Part shown: piece after piece, positions 29,023 to 34,070 of the stretch
Position numbering within the stretch: position 1 is the stretch's first letter
Layout of the letters: each line of letters opens with the position of its first letter
Assembly (NCBI GenBank): GCA_964582675.1
Contig: CAZOTM010000002.1
Location: 1-34,070, forward strand
From: an uncultured Clostridiaceae bacterium
GTDB lineage: Bacteria; Bacillota; Clostridia; Clostridiales; Clostridiaceae
DNA: 34,070 nt
Direction: 5' to 3'
The notes under the pieces: model-generated
What the model was told of the DNA's origin: nothing
The model's database searches: none
What the model saw: only the letters and a program-made list of their open reading frames with translations
Made by a program: the position numbers and the translations under genes

Positions 29023-29140
29023 CTATGCTGTGCCATCGGGATTTTTCCAGGCCAAAATCTTCTCTCCGTTTTAATTCAAGACTTGTACCACATTGGTTTT
29101 AGAATCCACATTAATGCCGATGAAAATAGAATAGATTTTG
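29023..29140 (-). pseudogene. IS110-family transposase N-terminal relic
   Basis: KSILF/IGINVDSKTNVVQVLN*NGEKILAWKNPDGTA* resembles the DEDD start LFVGIDVSSK.N.V, with a frameshift and stops. Confidence 0.5.
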
Positions 29141-29275
29141 CTTCCGAATCAAATTTAAAGGTTGGATGAAAGCAAATCCCCGGGATACTAATCCATCGAT
29201 ATCCTGTATGACAATCCGCTTAGTTTACCGTTACCTAAGGATACAAAAAGATATGATAATTGGAGGGATGATAAA

Positions 29276-31504
29276 ATGACTGAAATGATGGTTCCAAATA
29301 AAAATGCACAAGTAGTCAAAGTGAGAAGCGGAAGAAATCCCATAACACTACATGAACATCAGATAGAAGCAATGGCTGAATTGAATAAAATTGATATGCG
29401 ACGGACCTTTCATTCCATATTAGTATTGCCAACCGGTGGAGGGAAGACCCTTACCGCGGCATACTGGCTGCTAAAAAATGCTGTCGATAAAAAGAAAAAG
29501 GTTTTATGGATTGCGCACAGGCATTTATTGTTGGAGCAGGCAGCGGATTCATTTGTGAAAAACTGCTATTCTGATGTGATGATGAACGAAAGTGGTTTTA
29601 GGTATCGAATCATATCCGGGATGCATGATAAGCCAATACATATCAAGCCGGAAGACGATGTCTTAATTGTAAGTAAAGACAGCATTACCAATAATCTCGA
29701 TTTGATTGGAAAATGGCTAAAAAATCAAGATGTTTATTTGATTATCGATGAAGCCCATCATGCTACGGCAAAATCATATAGGAGAATTACTGATTATGTA
29801 GGGGAAATTGCAAGCAGTGTAAAATTATTGGGATTGACCGCAACTCCCTTCAAAACATCTAAGAAAGAAGAAGACCTACTTGGCAATATTTTTACGGATG
29901 ATATTGTTTACAAAACCGATCTGCTATCATTAATGAAGAAGGGTATTCTTTCAACTCCTATTCCGGAGAGCTGCGAAACGTATATTGATGTTGGGGATTC
30001 ACTGGGATTAAAGGCTGTAAAAAGTATAGTGCAATTGGACATTATTCCAGAAGATATTGCGGAGCAAATCGCAAATAACAGTAATCGTAATAATATCATT
30101 GTCCAAAAATATATTTCTAACTATGAGACCTATGGGCAAACATTAGTGTTTGCACTAAACAGAATGCATGCCTTTGCTTTAAAGGCCATATTTGAGAAAT
30201 ATGGTAAAGAGCATGGAATTAAAGCTGGAGTAATTGTTTCTGGAACCAAAGCAGAATTTATTGGGATTGATATATCGAACGAAGAAAATGCAAGGCAAAT
30301 TGAACTCTATAGAGAAGGAAAAATACAGGTACTAATTAACGTAAATATACTAACAGAGGGAACCGATTTACCAAAAACACAAACCGTATTTTTAACCCGT
30401 CCGACAATATCAACTGTGTTGATGACTCAGATGGTTGGGAGAGCTTTAAGAGGAGAAAAAGCTGGAGGGACTGCTAAGGCCTATATAGTCAGCTTTGTTG
30501 ATGATTGGAATAATAAAATAGCCTGGGTTAATCCGCAATCTCTAATGGGTGGGGGTGATTTTCCTACAGCTGAACCCTATAACTATACTAAGAGAAATTT
30601 CAGGCTTATCTCCATTGCAAAAATTGAAGAGTTTGCACGTCTTGTTGATGAAACCGTAGATACTAGACTATTGGAAGGCATTGATTTTATAAAAAGAGTG
30701 CCCATTGGAATGTATGTGTTTTCGTTTGTTGATGAGAATAACATAGAGAGAAATCATCAGATATTAGTCTATGACAGTACTAAGGAAGCATACGAAGAGC
30801 TAATTACGTCTTTGCCTGATTTGTTTAGGGAATACGCTATCGAAGAAGAGGCAATTGAGCTTACTACTTTGGATGAAATATGTGAGGTATGCGAAAAAAC
30901 TTACTTTTACGAAGATATGATACCACCTTATAGCAGAAAGGATATTGAATATCTTATGAAATATTATGCGCAAAAGGATGCCGAGCCGCTGTTTGTGCCA
31001 ATTGATGAGATTGATAGGAGAAAGGTGGATTTGTCGCTTGTTGCTATGGCAATAGTAAACAAAGATATGCGCCGCAAAGAACAAGAGGAATTCATTAATA
31101 GCTTATGGGAAGATGAATCGGGTCTAATCAAAATTTACTTCAGTAATAAATATTTCTTTAAAAGGCAGTTGGATATTGAAGTCGATAAGCTTTTTAATCC
31201 TACGGATTATCCCAAAGCTGATGGAAATGTTACTCTGGTTGACAGACCTATTGGGGAATTATCTTTGTATGAAATTTCTGTATTGTACCCAGAATATGCC
31301 CGGAAATTAAGGGATGGTGTCTATACAAAGGCAATTGATGACCAGGGATATTTTTGTTGTGCTCAATGTGGTAAAAAATCGAAAACGAAGGCAGTATTCC
31401 AAATTGATCACATTATGCCAATGAAATGGGGCGGCCTGTCAGTTCCTGAAAATTTACAGTTGCTTTGCAGAACTTGCAATAAAATAAAAGGCGATAAGTG
31501 GTGA
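29276..31504 (+). CDS. SF2 (ResIII/DEAH) helicase fused to a C-terminal HNH endonuclease
   Basis: LPTGGGKT, WIAHRHLLLEQ, IIDEAHHA, LGLTATP, ILTEGTDLP and QMVGRALR. HNH: CAQC...IDHIMPMKWGG...ENLQLLCRTCNKIKGDK. GGAGGG SD. Confidence 0.92.
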   Translation: MTEMMVPNKNAQVVKVRSGRNPITLHEHQIEAMAELNKIDMRRTFHSILVLPTGGGKTLTAAYWLLKNAVDKKKKVLWIAHRHLLLEQAADSFVKNCYSDVMMNESGFRYRIISGMHDKPIHIKPEDDVLIVSKDSITNNLDLIGKWLKNQDVYLIIDEAHHATAKSYRRITDYVGEIASSVKLLGLTATPFKTSKKEEDLLGNIFTDDIVYKTDLLSLMKKGILSTPIPESCETYIDVGDSLGLKAVKSIVQLDIIPEDIAEQIANNSNRNNIIVQKYISNYETYGQTLVFALNRMHAFALKAIFEKYGKEHGIKAGVIVSGTKAEFIGIDISNEENARQIELYREGKIQVLINVNILTEGTDLPKTQTVFLTRPTISTVLMTQMVGRALRGEKAGGTAKAYIVSFVDDWNNKIAWVNPQSLMGGGDFPTAEPYNYTKRNFRLISIAKIEEFARLVDETVDTRLLEGIDFIKRVPIGMYVFSFVDENNIERNHQILVYDSTKEAYEELITSLPDLFREYAIEEEAIELTTLDEICEVCEKTYFYEDMIPPYSRKDIEYLMKYYAQKDAEPLFVPIDEIDRRKVDLSLVAMAIVNKDMRRKEQEEFINSLWEDESGLIKIYFSNKYFFKRQLDIEVDKLFNPTDYPKADGNVTLVDRPIGELSLYEISVLYPEYARKLRDGVYTKAIDDQGYFCCAQCGKKSKTKAVFQIDHIMPMKWGGLSVPENLQLLCRTCNKIKGDKW

Positions 31505-32022
31505 GTTGTTTATATACACCCTTCGATGTAGCGGTCTATTTTAAAACGGAAAATCTTCATATCAAAGAAGAGCATAAAATAATTGAATCCTTATGGGAGA
31601 GGCGTGAAGATTTATTAAGCACAGAATATCATAAAGAGAAAAAGCAGTTTGTAAATTCATTAAAGCATGAGTTATATAAAATGGATGGACTTCTTGATTG
31701 CGTCGACGAGATAAACTTAATTCTGGAAGAAATGGGCAGTAAATATCGCGTGAGTGAATCAGAGTTTGAGCAGGATGTCATTGAAAGTTTCTTTAAAGTA
31801 ATAAAGCTTAGGCTTACGTTCACTCCTGGGAAAGCAGATTGCAGAATTAAGCTTAGAACAATAATAGGCAGGTTCGGATACAAACGACGAACTGCAGCAC
31901 TTGTTGATCGCATAAACAGAACGGTAAATTTGCTGGGTTTAGAAACATTTTTATTCGCAAGGTATGAGTGCGATATCAGTGAGGTCACTCTTGATAGATT
32001 TATTATTTTCCGGTTGAAATAG
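31498..32022 (+). CDS. Hypothetical 174-aa protein coupled to the helicase-HNH gene
   Basis: GTG start overlaps the helicase stop (GTGGTGA). Same AT-rich composition. Basic C-terminal motif IKLRTIIGRFGYKRR. Confidence 0.75.
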   Translation: MVSCLYTPFDVAVYFKTENLHIKEEHKIIESLWERREDLLSTEYHKEKKQFVNSLKHELYKMDGLLDCVDEINLILEEMGSKYRVSESEFEQDVIESFFKVIKLRLTFTPGKADCRIKLRTIIGRFGYKRRTAALVDRINRTVNLLGLETFLFARYECDISEVTLDRFIIFRLK

Positions 32023-32093
32023 AGAAATTTAGGAGCAAAATAATCCGATAACCGATCTCGCAAATCAATCATAAGTCCTATAGAGGAGATTAT

Positions 32094-32378
32094 ATGAGTA
32101 AAAATACACGCTACTTTCTATGTGGAGGTTTAATTCTGCTTGGCTTAAGCTTATATATCCTGGGATCAACCATCCTGCCACCAACCATCGGTATGCAAAT
32201 ACAACTCGATGGAACACTTGGCAACCAAGTCAATAAATATGTCGGGCTGCTGCTTCCTTTGGGATTGACGGTTGGTGGAGCAGCTGTATTCTGTATTAAA
32301 GAAATAAGAAAAGCTCTTGGGATTTCAGGATTGGGAATACTGTTGTTTGGGATCACCATATTTATGAACCTAAGATAA
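32094..32378 (+). CDS. Small membrane protein, DUF1648-like
   Basis: Three hydrophobic segments and the loop LPPTIGMQIQLDGTLGNQVNK. GAGGAG SD. Confidence 0.7.
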   Translation: MSKNTRYFLCGGLILLGLSLYILGSTILPPTIGMQIQLDGTLGNQVNKYVGLLLPLGLTVGGAAVFCIKEIRKALGISGLGILLFGITIFMNLR

Positions 32379-32420
32379 GCCGAAAAAGCTATCCGTCCAA
32401 CGGAATTTTGTGTAAGTCTT

Positions 32421-33128
32421 TTAAAAGTTCAAACCGGCTTTTCTTGCCTGGCTGCACAGGTCCTTCACCTGGAGTGTGTAAGCTTTGCCGTCCTTTATAA
32501 AATGAGTTCCGCATTGCCGGAACTCAAAGTGCGTATTGGCTCTGCGGCATTGTTCCCGTAGGTCAAGCACCCAATCGTAATCAAGGGGGCGGGCGTTCCG
32601 ATCGGATTCACCACCCACGACGACCAGCTCAACGCCTCGCAGATGACGCTCAATATCAATCCTCTCTAATAATGGCTGGGCAATGATATTTTTGTGCTTG
32701 ATGGGCAAATGATCCAGAATTGACAGCCGGACATCTGCGGTTGGTTGATTTTCCACCGTACAACCCACCGTTACGTTGTCGTAGCCCTCGCCCCAGTCCT
32801 CTGGGACACACTCCAAAAAGCGTTCGATGCGCTTGGTTAAAAATAGAAAATGCAAATCGGACCGCTCACGGATGATATCCCAACATTCTTCCCGCCAGGC
32901 ATCAGCCTCCGGCAGGAGAAAATCCGTTTGAAAGCAAAGGTAGACCGTCTGGCCTGATTTCATTTTATATTCACCAGACATCTTCCGCTGAATCGGCGAA
33001 TCGAAATTCTCTGCGCGGACGATGTTATTTGTATCTACACCACGGCCTGCATCACCCTTATGGATGTAGCAGTATTTGCAGCCTTCGCTGCATCTATGGC
33101 AGCCTCGCCACGGACTCCACATTGCCAT
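32421..33128 (-). CDS. DUF5131 (phage Gp37/Gp68-like) radical-SAM-type protein
   Basis: WSPWRGCHRCSEGCKYCY, FLFLTKRIER, NVTVGCTVENQ, VVVGGESD and WVLDLREQC. GGAGGAG SD favours ATG at 33128. Confidence 0.9.
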   Translation of the reverse strand: MAMWSPWRGCHRCSEGCKYCYIHKGDAGRGVDTNNIVRAENFDSPIQRKMSGEYKMKSGQTVYLCFQTDFLLPEADAWREECWDIIRERSDLHFLFLTKRIERFLECVPEDWGEGYDNVTVGCTVENQPTADVRLSILDHLPIKHKNIIAQPLLERIDIERHLRGVELVVVGGESDRNARPLDYDWVLDLREQCRRANTHFEFRQCGTHFIKDGKAYTLQVKDLCSQARKAGLNF

Positions 33129-33337
33129 TGTATCTCCTCCCAACCGAGGCTGGCCGTACCCGGCCAGCCACTTCAATTTACTCATAAACATTGTAAGTGC
33201 CGTATTTCATGAAGTAGCCGGAAGATCCCCCAAAGCTGCTTCGGACCGCAGGTTTTTTTGGTGATCCTATGGTTAATCAGAGATGAACCGCTGTGAGGCA
33301 AAAAATACAACACCAAGTATCCTGAATTATTGAAGAA

Positions 33338-33582
33338 TTATAACGTGTTTAGTGGAATGACACCCAAGGACTTATATAGGCATTCCTGTTTTTTCGTCAT
33401 TGCCCCAACACGGACGGCATTTCCTGGGTTTTCAAATGCTTCGAAGACATCAAGCTCATCCAGGACTTTCTGCATGGTTTAGTCATGGAAAAGGCCTTGT
33501 TAGGACATCTTCTTTCCCAATAGATGTTTGATTCATATACGCATGTATCGCCGTTCTCGTTTTTTACATGTATGATATCATG
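33338..33582 (-). pseudogene. Internally deleted IS1634-like transposase relic
   Basis: After a GGGAGGTG SD, IIHVKNENGDTCVYESNIYWE (N-terminus-like) is joined almost directly to GLFHD*TMQKVLDELDVFEAFENPGNAVRVGAMTKKQECLYKSLGVIPLNTL* (C-terminus-like). Confidence 0.65.
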
Positions 33583-33846
33583 AAATCGCCACCTCCCGTT
33601 ATTATAACAATGTGAATTAGGGGGAATTTCAATGGGGAAAAGTGATTAAATCGATTAATATCAATGTTATCCGGCTTTGCAAATTATAATTCAATGGTAA
33701 TCCAAGATACATAACCTTTGGTCCAATAAGAATAAACGATTACATTTGGATTTAAATAATGTATAATTATTGCAAGTTTAATTAATCCGTAACTTTTCGT
33801 CTTTGGTAATATGTCAAAGGGAATTTCTAGAGATTTGACAGAATAG

Positions 33847-34070
33847 TCAAAACAAAATTGGCTGCTCTGGCAGTGTCAGACCAAGCTGCCTGAGCAAATT
33901 ACGATTGCCTTTCGTCATTACCTCATAACGCCAAATGCCAGTCATTTTCTCGATCCTTATGCCAGATAAATACTCCTGAAGCACACCATTCATCGAATAT
34001 TTCTTCAACGAGTCGGTCGTACGCATAAACTCATAGACTCTGTAGCACATCATCATGCTTAGGTGGTTCA
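33847..34070 (-). mobile_element. 3' end of a probable IS1634/IS4-type transposase, truncated by the window edge
   Basis: NHLSMMMCYRVYEFMR...KKYSMNGVLQEYL...W...MTKGNRNLLRQLGL resembles IS1634 C-termini. TGTCAAA...TTTGACA inverted repeat (33812-33840) lies just downstream. Confidence 0.55.

Larger units (their letters stand above)
3950..34070. mobile_element. tRNA-Ser-adjacent accessory region / putative defence island; right boundary not seen, no intact integrase in the window
   Basis: Shift to more AT-rich sequence after the tRNA (judged by eye), five helicase genes (four fused to recognisable nuclease domains), R-M genes and several IS relics. Confidence 0.65.

Noticed and set aside
28984-29169. 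61-aa plus-strand ORF
   Set aside because: Antisense to the IS110-like relic, with no SD or motif.
31629-32072. 147-aa minus-strand ORF
   Set aside because: Antisense to the 174-aa ORF, which is better supported by its overlap with the helicase-HNH stop.
1-34070. CRISPR array or cas genes
   Set aside because: No repeat-spacer periodicity was seen. The helicases lack an HD domain or cas context, and the short repeats found have no unique spacers.

Overview
34-kb window from a moderately GC-rich Firmicute (Clostridia-like) chromosome; the taxon is inferred from SD/sigma-A signals and protein families. Bases 1-3.9 kb are housekeeping-type: a DUF362/4Fe-4S protein, a YitT-family membrane protein, an NADPH:quinone reductase and tRNA-Ser(GCT). 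Directly after the tRNA lies an accessory region rich in helicase/nuclease genes that looks like an anti-phage defence island. It holds a co-oriented SNF2 helicase-DUF4391-Mod-Res (type III R-M) cassette, a solo Mre11/SbcD-like metallophosphoesterase, a 1528-aa UPF1-like SF1 helicase-Vsr-type nuclease fusion, and an SF2 helicase with tandem N-terminal nuclease-like repeats next to a HIT hydrolase. It also holds an AT-rich two-gene unit made of an SF2 helicase-HNH fusion and an overlapping 174-aa unknown partner, the best candidate for an undescribed system. A LysR/PLP-enzyme/DAACS transporter module interrupts the island. Hand translation of intergenic DNA shows relics the ORF track misses or shows only in pieces: a frameshifted helicase homolog, IS30-, IS110- and IS1634-like fragments, and a possible wHTH fragment. 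Family calls come from motif recognition only; no database searches were run.
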